Position numbers and translations under genes: made by a program
NCBI GenBank assembly: GCA_018822435.1
Contig: JAHJKD010000021.1
Coordinates: 1 to 60,525 of the forward strand
Length of the DNA stretch: 60,525 nucleotides
Origin: Patescibacteria group bacterium
Lineage (GTDB): Bacteria; Patescibacteriota; Patescibacteriia; UBA9570; JAHJKD01
Direction: 5' to 3'
Part shown: positions 18,773 to 28,548 of the stretch, piece by piece
Layout: each line of letters opens with the position of its first letter
How positions within the stretch are numbered: position 1 is the first letter of the stretch
Notes under the pieces: generated by a model
What the model was told of the DNA's origin: nothing
The model's database searches: none
Seen by the model: the letters and a program-made list of their open reading frames with translations, nothing else

Positions 18773-20130
18773 AAACTTGGTCTTTCTAGTTGAATATTTA
18801 TATTATGCACTATTATTTTTTCACTAACCTGATCCAGGCCTGGGGCCGACAAAACAAAATTAAGTTCTTTTCTGTCTCCAGGAACTCCTTCAAGATTAAA
18901 TTCAGACATAGCTGTTATCCTGTCTTTGCTCTCTTCGGGGGATTGATAATTACCGACAATTATATAATCAAAGCTATTGATATCAGAATAATATTTCAGC
19001 TTTTCGATATTCGCATCGGGATTAAAGAACATATCCTGATCAAGGGCAAAATATCCGTCGCCGATTATTTCCAGATTGCCTTCAGGCAAAATAATATTTT
19101 TTTCTTCATTGTCTCTCCAGTTAAAAAGCTTCATGACTTTATTCAGGACCAGATCCTGATCGTTAATCTGAATGGTCTGGAGTCCGGAAGCGATCCAGGG
19201 ACGGAAATTTACATCAACGCTATTGGTGAATAATTCTACATCTTCAGAGTCAGCCGGATAGATCTTGTTTTTCAGGACCATTTTTTGCAAATTGGTCTTA
19301 AGATGGTCTATTTTGGTATTTTCACTAGCCGTGATAGATACGCTGACCATGCCCGGACCCAGGCCGACCAGATCCATCTCTTTGGCATTTTCCTGAAATG
19401 ATTCATTGACCAGTTCCACTCCGCCTTTTTTGACCTTGAGGTTTATGGGGCTGGTATCACCTTGTTCATCTATATGGCGAAAATTGAATTGCAAATAGGC
19501 ATCTTCGCCTTCGCTCAGATAAAATACAAATTCGTGCGTGCCAATCAGACCTAATGGAATTTCTTTTACTTGGTCTGACGGCACATAATCATTAATATTA
19601 ATTTTTGGATTGAGATTATAATGATATGTGCCGATCTTACCGTCGGTGGGCAGATTTTTTTCAAAATCCCCGATAGTTTCAAATTTATTTTCTTTTTGGT
19701 AAAGAGCGCGGCCGTCTTCTTCTATTATATTCCAGTCCAGATTATCAAGGGCTTTAAATTCAAACGGTTTTAATTCAAAATTGCCTTCTCCGTATTTTTC
19801 TATGCCTAATTCAACTAATGATTGTTCTGGATTTGTGTATTCTATTGTGACCAGGGCGGAATCATAAGATCGCGGTACTTGCGCCGTAAAATAAACCGGA
19901 TCAGCCAAAACGCGCTGGTAATATTCATTGCTGCTTAAATTGTGTTCCCTGCCCCAAACGCGGCCGGACGGCTCTAATTCAGAGATGTAAGTTGCTTTAT
20001 GAGAAAAATCGTAGTTAGCGGTGAATGACCCGCCGATAGCAAAGTATCGGTATAAAAAAGTAATCAGGATTAATAAAAATATTCCTATAATAATTACTTT
20101 GATAATATTTCTAATAGAATTAAATTTCAT
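18748..20130 (-). CDS. hypothetical N-terminally anchored extracytoplasmic protein (paralog A)
   Basis: 460 aa with a single N-terminal TM helix (VIIIGIFLLILITFLY) and a large beta-rich ectodomain. It is a distant paralog of the adjacent 480-aa ORF. Confidence 0.6.
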   Translation of the reverse strand: MKFNSIRNIIKVIIIGIFLLILITFLYRYFAIGGSFTANYDFSHKATYISELEPSGRVWGREHNLSSNEYYQRVLADPVYFTAQVPRSYDSALVTIEYTNPEQSLVELGIEKYGEGNFELKPFEFKALDNLDWNIIEEDGRALYQKENKFETIGDFEKNLPTDGKIGTYHYNLNPKININDYVPSDQVKEIPLGLIGTHEFVFYLSEGEDAYLQFNFRHIDEQGDTSPINLKVKKGGVELVNESFQENAKEMDLVGLGPGMVSVSITASENTKIDHLKTNLQKMVLKNKIYPADSEDVELFTNSVDVNFRPWIASGLQTIQINDQDLVLNKVMKLFNWRDNEEKNIILPEGNLEIIGDGYFALDQDMFFNPDANIEKLKYYSDINSFDYIIVGNYQSPEESKDRITAMSEFNLEGVPGDRKELNFVLSAPGLDQVSEKIIVHNINIQLERPSLWQKIFKK

Positions 20131-21569
20131 TGGGTAAATAAATTTTTAATATAAGGTAAGAGCGGGCGATAAAAAGTCGCCTTTGTCCCGGTAAATTTCA
20201 TCATTGTTTCCAGGGGACGGATATGCGGCGCTACAATGGAAAATTTTACTTTATCATTTTTCGTGAGCCTGAATTCAGATAAATCGAAATTCGATTTTAA
20301 GGTAACATTTTCACCCCTTATTTCAGGTTGATCATATTGATTTGTAGTCATGACTAAATTAACTTCACTTAATTGGGGCGGATGATTTCTGTTCTCAAGC
20401 AGGTGAAATAAATATTCCGCAAATAAACGGGATTCCCTATTTACAACTGCCACTCCGTCAGTTTGGATTGTAATATCATTTTTTGCAATAGCCAGCTTAT
20501 TGAAATATGTGGGAAAAATATTATGTTCGTATTTTTCTCTTTTTTTCCTAATCTCAACAGCCTGGTCATTTAGATACAAAGTTTGCTTACCTTCAACATG
20601 GACGGTTTCGTATTCAAGGTTATTACCAATAATATAAAAGGTTGTGTTAGTATTTTGGTCATCCATATCAATTTTACTTGTCAGGCCTAAATATTTTTGT
20701 TTTGTATCAAACGACATTAAGCGAGTGTCATTGGCCATCGGAATCTTGATCTCATATATCCCGGCCGCTAAATCTTTTTTTACATATTCAACCGTATTTT
20801 TAAAATCATATAACTCATACGTTGTTTTTTCAATAATTGAATTTCCAGAAAATAAAATAATTTCAAATGGCTCAATACCAGGCGTCTTGCCTAGGTCCTT
20901 ACAATGAAATCGCCAAGCCAGTTCTTCGCCGGGACCGATATATGTAAATATAGAGTGAGAGCCGCGCAAAGGGATTAAATAAGTTTCGTAATCTTCTTGG
21001 GCAAAATAATTAGGGAAATCTACAAATTGAAAATTATTAACGGCAAAATATGTATTTTGATAACCGAGATTACTGTTGAATTCTTCCAAAGAATTGTACT
21101 GGATATTTTTTTGCCATAAAGTAACACCGGAATCCTCATCAATAATATTGCTCCATTCTGATGATGAATTAATTTCTTCCAAGGCTTGGTTGTATACCAT
21201 GCGATTATCAAAACCATCATTGCTAAGCGGCATCGCCAAATTGAACACTGGTACTGGATTTTGAATATCTATTTCCATGTCAACGCTTTGCGGACGGTGC
21301 GGTGGAATGACAGAAATATAAGCCTGATCTTTAAACATGACCTGGAAATCTCCATCAACGGAAGTCTCTAAATTTTCCGGCGGCTTGACTGTTGAGACAT
21401 TATTGAATTCACGGGAGTAATCTTGCCTGTAAGTGACCTGGCCGGTGAAGAGCAAGAAATTATTTAAAAGAATAAGTACCAAGATACATAAAATCACTCT
21501 GAGAATAATTTTCACAGCCAGCTGATATTTTTCAAATGGAGTCCTATTCTCTGGTCTCATCGTGTTCAA
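20127..21569 (-). CDS. hypothetical N-terminally anchored extracytoplasmic protein (paralog B)
   Basis: 480 aa with a single N-terminal TM helix (VILCILVLILLNNFLLF). It has an ATGA-type 4-nt overlap with paralog A and shares blocks with it, e.g. TLWQKNIQYNSLEEFNSNLG versus ALYQKENKFETIGDFEKNLP. Confidence 0.6.
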   Translation of the reverse strand: MNTMRPENRTPFEKYQLAVKIILRVILCILVLILLNNFLLFTGQVTYRQDYSREFNNVSTVKPPENLETSVDGDFQVMFKDQAYISVIPPHRPQSVDMEIDIQNPVPVFNLAMPLSNDGFDNRMVYNQALEEINSSSEWSNIIDEDSGVTLWQKNIQYNSLEEFNSNLGYQNTYFAVNNFQFVDFPNYFAQEDYETYLIPLRGSHSIFTYIGPGEELAWRFHCKDLGKTPGIEPFEIILFSGNSIIEKTTYELYDFKNTVEYVKKDLAAGIYEIKIPMANDTRLMSFDTKQKYLGLTSKIDMDDQNTNTTFYIIGNNLEYETVHVEGKQTLYLNDQAVEIRKKREKYEHNIFPTYFNKLAIAKNDITIQTDGVAVVNRESRLFAEYLFHLLENRNHPPQLSEVNLVMTTNQYDQPEIRGENVTLKSNFDLSEFRLTKNDKVKFSIVAPHIRPLETMMKFTGTKATFYRPLLPYIKNLFTQ

Positions 21570-21945
21570 ATAAAATTAAATAGCTCATGCTAAAAATTAT
21601 TATTCCGGAAAATAATGCAATAATATATGAAATCCAACCAAGACCGATTAATTTAGCAAATATAATAAAGGCTCCGATGATGGCGTACGCACAGACCAGT
21701 ATCCAGGTCCAAATATTTATATCAGTATCTTTCTTTATGATCTCGGGTTTACTAAAAAAAACATAAATAGCGCCGCTAAGAATCAGGGGCACTAAAATAT
21801 AATTAATATTTATTTGGTCAAAAATTACGCCTGTGTAAAGATTCTCTAATAAGATCACAACCAGGTATAACAAAAAAATATCCTGAAAGAATTCAGAATT
21901 TAGATAGAGAAAGTAGTCCTTTTTTGTCCTTTGCAACGAGGCCAT
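21544..21945 (-). CDS. hypothetical polytopic membrane protein
   Basis: 133 aa with four hydrophobic helices. It is the first gene of a long minus-strand gene run (21945 down to 12537). Confidence 0.5.
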   Translation of the reverse strand: MASLQRTKKDYFLYLNSEFFQDIFLLYLVVILLENLYTGVIFDQININYILVPLILSGAIYVFFSKPEIIKKDTDINIWTWILVCAYAIIGAFIIFAKLIGLGWISYIIALFSGIIIFSMSYLILFEHDETRE

Positions 21946-22008
21946 TCAATTTTGACTTTTTATTCAATATGTGTTTTTATTATACAAGTAAAATAAATAA
22001 AGTCAAAT

Positions 22009-22683
22009 ATGAAAACGGTCGTAATTATCCCGGCTTACAATGAAGAAAAGACCATCGGAACGGTCCTGGCAAACGTGAAAAATCATATTCCTGCTGAGAA
22101 TATTATTGTTATTGATGACGGCTCAAAGGACAGAACTCCCCAGATTGCTGACTCCCATGGTGTCCATGTATACACCCACAAATTAAATCGCGGCCTGGGC
22201 GGTGCTCTTGGCACAGGCCTGGAGGCCGGGAAATTACATGACGGCGACATCATCGTAACCATGGACGCGGATGAGCAACATGATCCGGCAGAAATAAAAA
22301 ACCTGATTGCACCAATAGAGCAAGAAAATGCGGATGTCGTTATCGGATCCAGGTTACTTAAAGGCGAAGGCATGCCCCTGACCAGAAAAGGCTTTAATTG
22401 GGTAGGAAACGTTATTACCTGGACTTTATTTGGAATCTGGACAACAGACAGCCAATCAGGTTTTCGCGCATTTTCTTATAAAGCTTGCGAACAAATCAAG
22501 ATCAGGACTAATAAAATGGAAGTTTCTTCTGAGATTATTAAAGAAATTAAAAGAAATAGATTAAGGTTTGAAGAAGTACCGATTAAAGCCATTTATACCC
22601 AATATTCCATGTCTAAAGGCCAGAACTTTTTTGAAGGCATAAAGACCGTAACAAAATTAGTTATTCTTAGATTTCGAAAATGA
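22009..22683 (+). CDS. GT2 glycosyltransferase, polyprenyl-phosphate sugar synthase-like (no TM tail)
   Basis: 224 aa with VIIPAYNEEKTIG, IVIDDGSKDRT and MDADEQHDP, a DPM1/GtrB-like catalytic domain. Confidence 0.85.
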   Translation: MKTVVIIPAYNEEKTIGTVLANVKNHIPAENIIVIDDGSKDRTPQIADSHGVHVYTHKLNRGLGGALGTGLEAGKLHDGDIIVTMDADEQHDPAEIKNLIAPIEQENADVVIGSRLLKGEGMPLTRKGFNWVGNVITWTLFGIWTTDSQSGFRAFSYKACEQIKIRTNKMEVSSEIIKEIKRNRLRFEEVPIKAIYTQYSMSKGQNFFEGIKTVTKLVILRFRK

Positions 22684-23006
22684 TCATTAAATTTTTAATA
22701 ATTTTATTTATTTTGTTTGCCCTATCCCGACTGATACTCAGGTTTAAGGACGGGTCGGTTGGCATATGGGGCTTTCTTCTCTGGGGGGCTCTTTGGATTA
22801 TAATAGGAATAGTAACTTTTCTGCCTCAAACAACTACGGTGGTAGCGAGCATTTTAGGTGTTGGACGTGGCGCAGACGTCGCGGTTTATATCTCTATTAT
22901 CCTCCTTTTTTACGCTGTATTCCGATTAGGAATCAAACAAGAAAATATTGAATCCCAAATCACAGAACTAGTGCGAAAAGACGCACTAAATAGTAAGAAG
23001 AAATGA
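22680..23006 (+). CDS. DUF2304-like small membrane protein
   Basis: 108 aa, three TM helices and a charged C-terminal helix. It overlaps the preceding GT2 by 4 nt, a pairing I recall as typical for DUF2304. Confidence 0.6.
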   Translation: MIIKFLIILFILFALSRLILRFKDGSVGIWGFLLWGALWIIIGIVTFLPQTTTVVASILGVGRGADVAVYISIILLFYAVFRLGIKQENIESQITELVRKDALNSKKK

Positions 23007-24124
23007 ACATTCTTTACTTAACAGAATTTTTTCCGGTGCGTAGCGAAGAAATCACCGGAGGCGTGGAAGCACGCTCCTTTTTTTTGGTTAAAGAACTTGA
23101 TAAACATAATAAATTTTTAATTATTTCTTCTCGCATTAAGGACCAGCCAGAACAAAGTTGTGAGTTTACACAAGTAAAAATTTTTCGATGCGGCAATGGA
23201 GGAGATTATTTGCATGACGGGGGTTTGTGGCAAAGATATAAATTTTTCAAAGCCGGATTAAAAAAAGCGAAAGAATTAGCGCCAGAAGTTGATATTATAG
23301 AGGCCTCGGGTTGGTTGGGTTATATAATTGCCATGCATCTTAAAAAAATTATAAAGAAACCATTTATTATTACTTATCATGAAGTCTGGATCGGCCAATG
23401 GAAAAATTTATTTGGAATATCCGGGAAAATCGGTGAATATTTTGAACGGAAAATATTAAAGCAAAATTGGAATAAAATTATTGCAGTAAGTGAACAAACT
23501 AAGCTGGCGCTAGAGAAGCAGGGAATTCCAGAGAATAAAATTAGCGTGATCCATAATGGCGTTGATAATAAAGAAATCTATTCAGCCGAAATAAAAAAAT
23601 ATGAAAAACCGACTGTCGTGGTTGTGTCCCGATTGGTTAAATATAAACGAGTTGCGGACGTAATTTCTGCTATAAAAATTCTAAATAATAAAGTTGATCT
23701 GAAAATTATCGGCAATGGGCCAGAGTTAAAAACGCTCAAAGAATCTGCTGAGAATCTTCCGGTGGAATTTTTTGGCCATATTAAATCACACGATGATTTA
23801 ATTAAAGAAATTAAGAAGTCACATATATTAATATTTCCGTCAGAGAAAGAAGGTTTTGGCATTGTTATTATCGAAGCAGCCAAATCTGGCACGCCTTTTA
23901 TCGTGTCTGACATTCCTGTATTCAAGGAAGTTACAAAGAATGGTAAAGGCGGCTTGATATATAAAGTCGGTGATTGTCAGGATTTGGCTGATAAAATTAA
24001 TAATCTTATAACAGATAAAAAGGTCTATCAAAATAAAGCGGAAGAAGCAAAAGAACTTTCTCAAGATTATAACTGGACCAAAATAGCGGATAAAATGGAG
24101 GAAGAATACAAAAAATGCGCATAG
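23003..24124 (+). CDS. GT4 glycosyltransferase
   Basis: 373 aa, GT-B fold. The E-x7-E region reads FPSEKEGFGIVIIEAAKSGTPFIVSD. Confidence 0.85.
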   Translation: MNILYLTEFFPVRSEEITGGVEARSFFLVKELDKHNKFLIISSRIKDQPEQSCEFTQVKIFRCGNGGDYLHDGGLWQRYKFFKAGLKKAKELAPEVDIIEASGWLGYIIAMHLKKIIKKPFIITYHEVWIGQWKNLFGISGKIGEYFERKILKQNWNKIIAVSEQTKLALEKQGIPENKISVIHNGVDNKEIYSAEIKKYEKPTVVVVSRLVKYKRVADVISAIKILNNKVDLKIIGNGPELKTLKESAENLPVEFFGHIKSHDDLIKEIKKSHILIFPSEKEGFGIVIIEAAKSGTPFIVSDIPVFKEVTKNGKGGLIYKVGDCQDLADKINNLITDKKVYQNKAEEAKELSQDYNWTKIADKMEEEYKKCA

Positions 24125-25227
24125 CCGTAATATCAGAAGTCTGGCCGCCAGCCATAGAAGGCGGGGCTGAAATCCATATCAAAGAAACATGCATCCGCAT
24201 CGCCGCAAGCGGCAATTTTGATTTTAATATTATTACCAGAAAATTAATTGATGCGAATGATGTTAAATTTACAAACTTAGGCCATGACGGAAAATTACTG
24301 ATTACCAGATGTGGATTAACGACAAAATTTTCAAATATTCTGGGCCGGCTCTGGTATATCCCCTCCTCTATTTTAAAAATTATTAAATATAAGCCTGATA
24401 TTATTCACGCTCATTCTTTTATTCCTGGAATAATTGCCAAGCTAACAAGAATTTTTATTAAAAAACCTATCTTACTGACAGTTCACGGCACGACTCAATT
24501 CACATCTCCAAAATCCATCAGAGCGAAAATAGAAAAATGGCTGGAAAAAATTATTACGACGAAGTTCGAATACAACCAGGAAATTTCTGTGGCGCAAAAT
24601 TTTTTAAAGTTGCCCAATAAAAATAAAGATATTGCGATTGTTCCCAATGGTGTGGATATCCAAATATTTGATGACGTCCAGGCCGGAAAATACGATAAAT
24701 TTACTCTTATTTTTGTTGGGCGCTTTGACTATGTAAAGGGATTGGATTTATTAATTGAAGCCATTAAGGAATTAAAAGACCAGGATTTACAATTGAATCT
24801 AATTGGTAATGGATATGAAGAGAAAAACTTGAAAGCTTTAGTTGAAAAAAATAAATTAGAAAATAAAATAAATTTTCTGGGAAGGTTATCTGGTGGTGAC
24901 CTGATTACTGAAATAAAAAAATCCCACGCATTAATATTACCTTCCCGATCGGAAGGATTTCCGTTGACAATTTTAGAGGCGTGGGCAGCCAAAATCCCTG
25001 TAATAGCGACTGATGTAGGAGAAAATTCGTACTTAATAACAAAAGGAAATGGATTTTTAATAAAGCCAAATAGTATCTCAGAAATACAAAGTGGAATCGT
25101 TAAAGCGGTTGAAAATAGTGACCGACTAGAAGAAATGGGGAAAAATGGCTATAATTTAGTAGTAGAAAAATTTTCCTGGGACAAGAGCGCCCAAAGCCTG
25201 AAAGTAATTTATGAACAAAGCATTTAG
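24115..25227 (+). CDS. GT4 glycosyltransferase
   Basis: 370 aa. The E-x7-E region reads PSRSEGFPLTILEAWAAKIPVIATDVGEN. Confidence 0.85.
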   Translation: MRIAVISEVWPPAIEGGAEIHIKETCIRIAASGNFDFNIITRKLIDANDVKFTNLGHDGKLLITRCGLTTKFSNILGRLWYIPSSILKIIKYKPDIIHAHSFIPGIIAKLTRIFIKKPILLTVHGTTQFTSPKSIRAKIEKWLEKIITTKFEYNQEISVAQNFLKLPNKNKDIAIVPNGVDIQIFDDVQAGKYDKFTLIFVGRFDYVKGLDLLIEAIKELKDQDLQLNLIGNGYEEKNLKALVEKNKLENKINFLGRLSGGDLITEIKKSHALILPSRSEGFPLTILEAWAAKIPVIATDVGENSYLITKGNGFLIKPNSISEIQSGIVKAVENSDRLEEMGKNGYNLVVEKFSWDKSAQSLKVIYEQSI

Positions 25228-26809
25228 AATTATTTTATTAATTTTAATCCCCTGCGTAGGATTGTTTTCAATCCTGTCTTTTAGCATAAATCCAGATAAA
25301 AATATTTTTTCCCGGGATGCACTAGCTCATTCGGCTGAAATTAAATTCATTTCTGAAACTGGTAATTATGATATTGATAAAAGAATATTATGGGAAGAAC
25401 AAAATAAATATCCTCCCATGATCTATATGATTGGAATTGGGGTTCTTCAAATTACTGGAATTTCTGATTTTTACATTCTTTCTCTTGTGATAAATTCAAT
25501 TTTTTATATATTGCTTCTTCTCCTCTTTTATATTTTAGCGAAAAAAGTGTTTAAAAACGAAGATGCCGCCCTCCTTAGCGTGTTAATCCTAAGTATCAGT
25601 AATTTTATTATATATCGGTTCACATTAATGCTACCGGAGAATTTTGCCATTATTCTCATGCTTTTATTTTTTATCATTTTTATTTCCGATAAGATGCCTA
25701 TTAAACTCAGGATTATTTTATGCAGTTTTATTTTGGCAGTGATCGGCATTACCAATATTTTGACTTTTTTTGTGGTTGCGGCTGGCTTAATACTATATAT
25801 TCCCGTCAAAATCTGGGAAAAAAAATATATAAACGTTCTAGGCTTAGGATCAATATTACTTGTCAGCGTGGTTGTGAACATTGTTTACCGTTTATTAAAT
25901 GGCTTCAACCTGTGGATGATATCTCTATTGCTTATTCCTTTTATCTTTGCAGTCTTGACGTCCGGGCTGGCATTTTTAGGCGGGAAGATAAAAAGAAAAA
26001 CTCTTTATCAAATTCTAGGCATTGCTGGCATTGTTATTTTATTAGGAATAATTTTGGTAATCACTTTTAATGAACCATTTATAATTAATAACCTCAGTGA
26101 TACACATGTGGATCCCACCTATTATAAAGAACATATTGTGAATAATATTAGATTGTTCTTTTTTGGAACTAGCGACAATCACATAAATATGAATGGCGTG
26201 ATTTCTATAGTTGTGCTGTTGGGAATATTTTTTATGTTTGTAAAAAGAAAATATGATCTGGCTATCTTTCTAATCATATTGTCGATAGGCTGGGTGACGA
26301 TGATATTTGCACCACTTTTTGGATTGGATCCCCTGCAGAACACGCCCCGAGCCATGATGTATATATCTATCTTTGCGGCGCTCTTTGCGGCCTATGGATT
26401 GGTTAATTTTAATTCTAAAAAGCTGGCCATAACAGCCCTGTTTTTTATCATGGTCACGTCTATCCCGAATGCGGTCGTGGCATCGAGCTACAATTCTTCC
26501 TTTTTTGTTCCCAAAGTAATCAAAGACTATCTGGCTATTCGGATTAATGACCAATTAATTTTAACAGATGACGTAACAGCAAAATCCCTATATATTTCCG
26601 GCCCGGACTTCAATCATATTATTAATACCCCGGCTGTAAAAAAAGATGATCTTCAGGATATGAATATAGATTTCTTTAAAGAAAATAATATCAATTTTAT
26701 TATCACTTCCCCTATTTATAAAGGGGGAGGATATAAAAATCTATTGGAAAAATATTTTAATGCCGTACTAGAAGAAGACGGTTACATTCTGTATATGATA
26801 AATAACTAG
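25211..26809 (+). CDS. polytopic membrane protein, GT-C-like (possible glycan polymerase or transferase)
   Basis: 532 aa with more than 10 TM helices, an acidic DALAH motif in the first loop and a C-terminal soluble domain of about 100 aa. The family assignment is tentative. Confidence 0.55.
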   Translation: MNKAFRIILLILIPCVGLFSILSFSINPDKNIFSRDALAHSAEIKFISETGNYDIDKRILWEEQNKYPPMIYMIGIGVLQITGISDFYILSLVINSIFYILLLLLFYILAKKVFKNEDAALLSVLILSISNFIIYRFTLMLPENFAIILMLLFFIIFISDKMPIKLRIILCSFILAVIGITNILTFFVVAAGLILYIPVKIWEKKYINVLGLGSILLVSVVVNIVYRLLNGFNLWMISLLLIPFIFAVLTSGLAFLGGKIKRKTLYQILGIAGIVILLGIILVITFNEPFIINNLSDTHVDPTYYKEHIVNNIRLFFFGTSDNHINMNGVISIVVLLGIFFMFVKRKYDLAIFLIILSIGWVTMIFAPLFGLDPLQNTPRAMMYISIFAALFAAYGLVNFNSKKLAITALFFIMVTSIPNAVVASSYNSSFFVPKVIKDYLAIRINDQLILTDDVTAKSLYISGPDFNHIINTPAVKKDDLQDMNIDFFKENNINFIITSPIYKGGGYKNLLEKYFNAVLEEDGYILYMINN

Positions 26810-26811
26810 GC

Positions 26812-27666
26812 TCACCTCCAGAAATCAAGGCTTCTTCCGATCATTCCCTCTAATTGTTGAATATCTTCCTTATAAAAATCTTGTAATAATTCTCTTTGTT
26901 CCGGCCTTAAGGTCGGTTTTGATTTTGTTATTTTTGAAAGCGGCGTTTCAATCAGTCCGTAATATGCTTTACGAACAATGCGCCTACCTGCCAACTTGCG
27001 TCCGGTTTCGGTTTTTACGAATCTGGTAATAACATTTATATGAAATTTATTATACCAACCAATATTTTTAACATTGGTGGGATTAATGATTTTATTCGCA
27101 GTTTTCGGCACAAACTTATCTTCAACTTCCAAAAATTTGTATATATATTGGATAAATCTAACTGGATCTTTTTTAATGTCTTCAAAAATCAGAACCTGAA
27201 CCTGGTCTCGACCAAATAATTCATAATATAATGCAAGCGTATCCGCATAAAGGCTTTCGGTGAGAAATTCGTTATCTTTTTCTTTGACAAGTTGGGCAAG
27301 ATCCCGATTTTTTTCCTGCTTACTCCACTGACGATGTAAAAAATTCGATGTCGCCCGATCGATGGGATTGCGGAGACAGACAATGATCTTAACATTTCCT
27401 AATTCTTTTTTAATCCGCCTGGCTGCTTTTTCATTAAAATAGCCGGAAGAATATTCTCCTGCCTTAGCACCAGGTTTGCAGTGGTCAAAAAATCGATTGT
27501 AATAATAATCCAGGCCCCGGGAATAATGATGATCATCATAAAAAAAATAAGACTCTTTGTTTTTAGAGAGGCAAAGTTGCGGATGCTCACTCAGGCATTC
27601 ATAGGTCCAGGTAGTGGCGCATTTTCTTGTGCCCACGCCCATAAAATCAAGTTTTTTCGGAATCAT
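26812..27666 (-). CDS. sulfotransferase-domain protein (PAPS-dependent type)
   Basis: 284 aa. 5'-phosphosulfate-binding-like loop GVGTRKCATTW and 3'-phosphate-binding-like block VCLRNPIDRATS. Confidence 0.8.
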   Translation of the reverse strand: MIPKKLDFMGVGTRKCATTWTYECLSEHPQLCLSKNKESYFFYDDHHYSRGLDYYYNRFFDHCKPGAKAGEYSSGYFNEKAARRIKKELGNVKIIVCLRNPIDRATSNFLHRQWSKQEKNRDLAQLVKEKDNEFLTESLYADTLALYYELFGRDQVQVLIFEDIKKDPVRFIQYIYKFLEVEDKFVPKTANKIINPTNVKNIGWYNKFHINVITRFVKTETGRKLAGRRIVRKAYYGLIETPLSKITKSKPTLRPEQRELLQDFYKEDIQQLEGMIGRSLDFWR

Positions 27667-27684
27667 TAATAATTTATTAATTTT

Positions 27685-28548
27685 TTATTTCCAGCAATCC
27701 AGGTTCCTGCCAATTAATTTTTCCATTTGCTCTATATCATCTTTATAATATTGGTTTAGATGCTCTCTTGTTTCCGGTTTAATATCAGGTAAAGATTTAG
27801 ACATCTTAGCCACCGGCTTTTCTATTATATTATAATACATTTTCCTGGCATATGCCGAACGATAGAGCCGCATGCCAAAAGGACCCTTTTTTATCCGGTC
27901 AATCACGCCAAAATGGAATACTTTATAGATTCGAGACGTTTTTACGTTAGTAGGATTAATGACCTGCTCGGCTGACGGAGGAACAAAATTATCATTCACG
28001 CCTAAAAACTTAAAAATAGATTGCTGAAAAGCAACTGGATCATTTTTAATGTCCTCGTAGATTAAAACTTTGATTTTTTCCCGGCCGAATAACTCATAAT
28101 AATATTTTAATCTTTTTGCATATAAGCTGTCTTCAAGAATTTGATTTGTATCAGCTTTAATTAAATCATCAAAATCTTTTAAATCATGATGCGAATCAAA
28201 TTTGGCATGATAAAAAAAAGACATGGACCGATCAATCGGTTTTCTCAAGCAAACTAGTATTTTTATATCCGGAAAATTTTCTTTGAACCTGGCTGCACAC
28301 TTATCGTTGAAATAATCAGTCGTGAACTCCCCTTTTATTTGATTATCCTTACATTGATTATAATAAGTTGAGAAATAATAATCTAAACCCTTATTATAAT
28401 TTTCATCATGGCTAAAAAAACCTGTGTCTTTTATATTAGACATGCAAATATCCGGATGCTCGGCCAGGCATTCGTAAATCCAGGTGGTAGCGCATTTGGT
28501 CGCTCCGATGCCGACAAAATCCAATTTTTTATTGTTTGAACGCGTCAT
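27685..28548 (-). CDS. sulfotransferase-domain protein, tandem paralog
   Basis: 287 aa with GIGATKCATTW and VCLRKPIDRSMS. It aligns with the preceding ORF along its whole length. Confidence 0.8.
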   Translation of the reverse strand: MTRSNNKKLDFVGIGATKCATTWIYECLAEHPDICMSNIKDTGFFSHDENYNKGLDYYFSTYYNQCKDNQIKGEFTTDYFNDKCAARFKENFPDIKILVCLRKPIDRSMSFFYHAKFDSHHDLKDFDDLIKADTNQILEDSLYAKRLKYYYELFGREKIKVLIYEDIKNDPVAFQQSIFKFLGVNDNFVPPSAEQVINPTNVKTSRIYKVFHFGVIDRIKKGPFGMRLYRSAYARKMYYNIIEKPVAKMSKSLPDIKPETREHLNQYYKDDIEQMEKLIGRNLDCWK

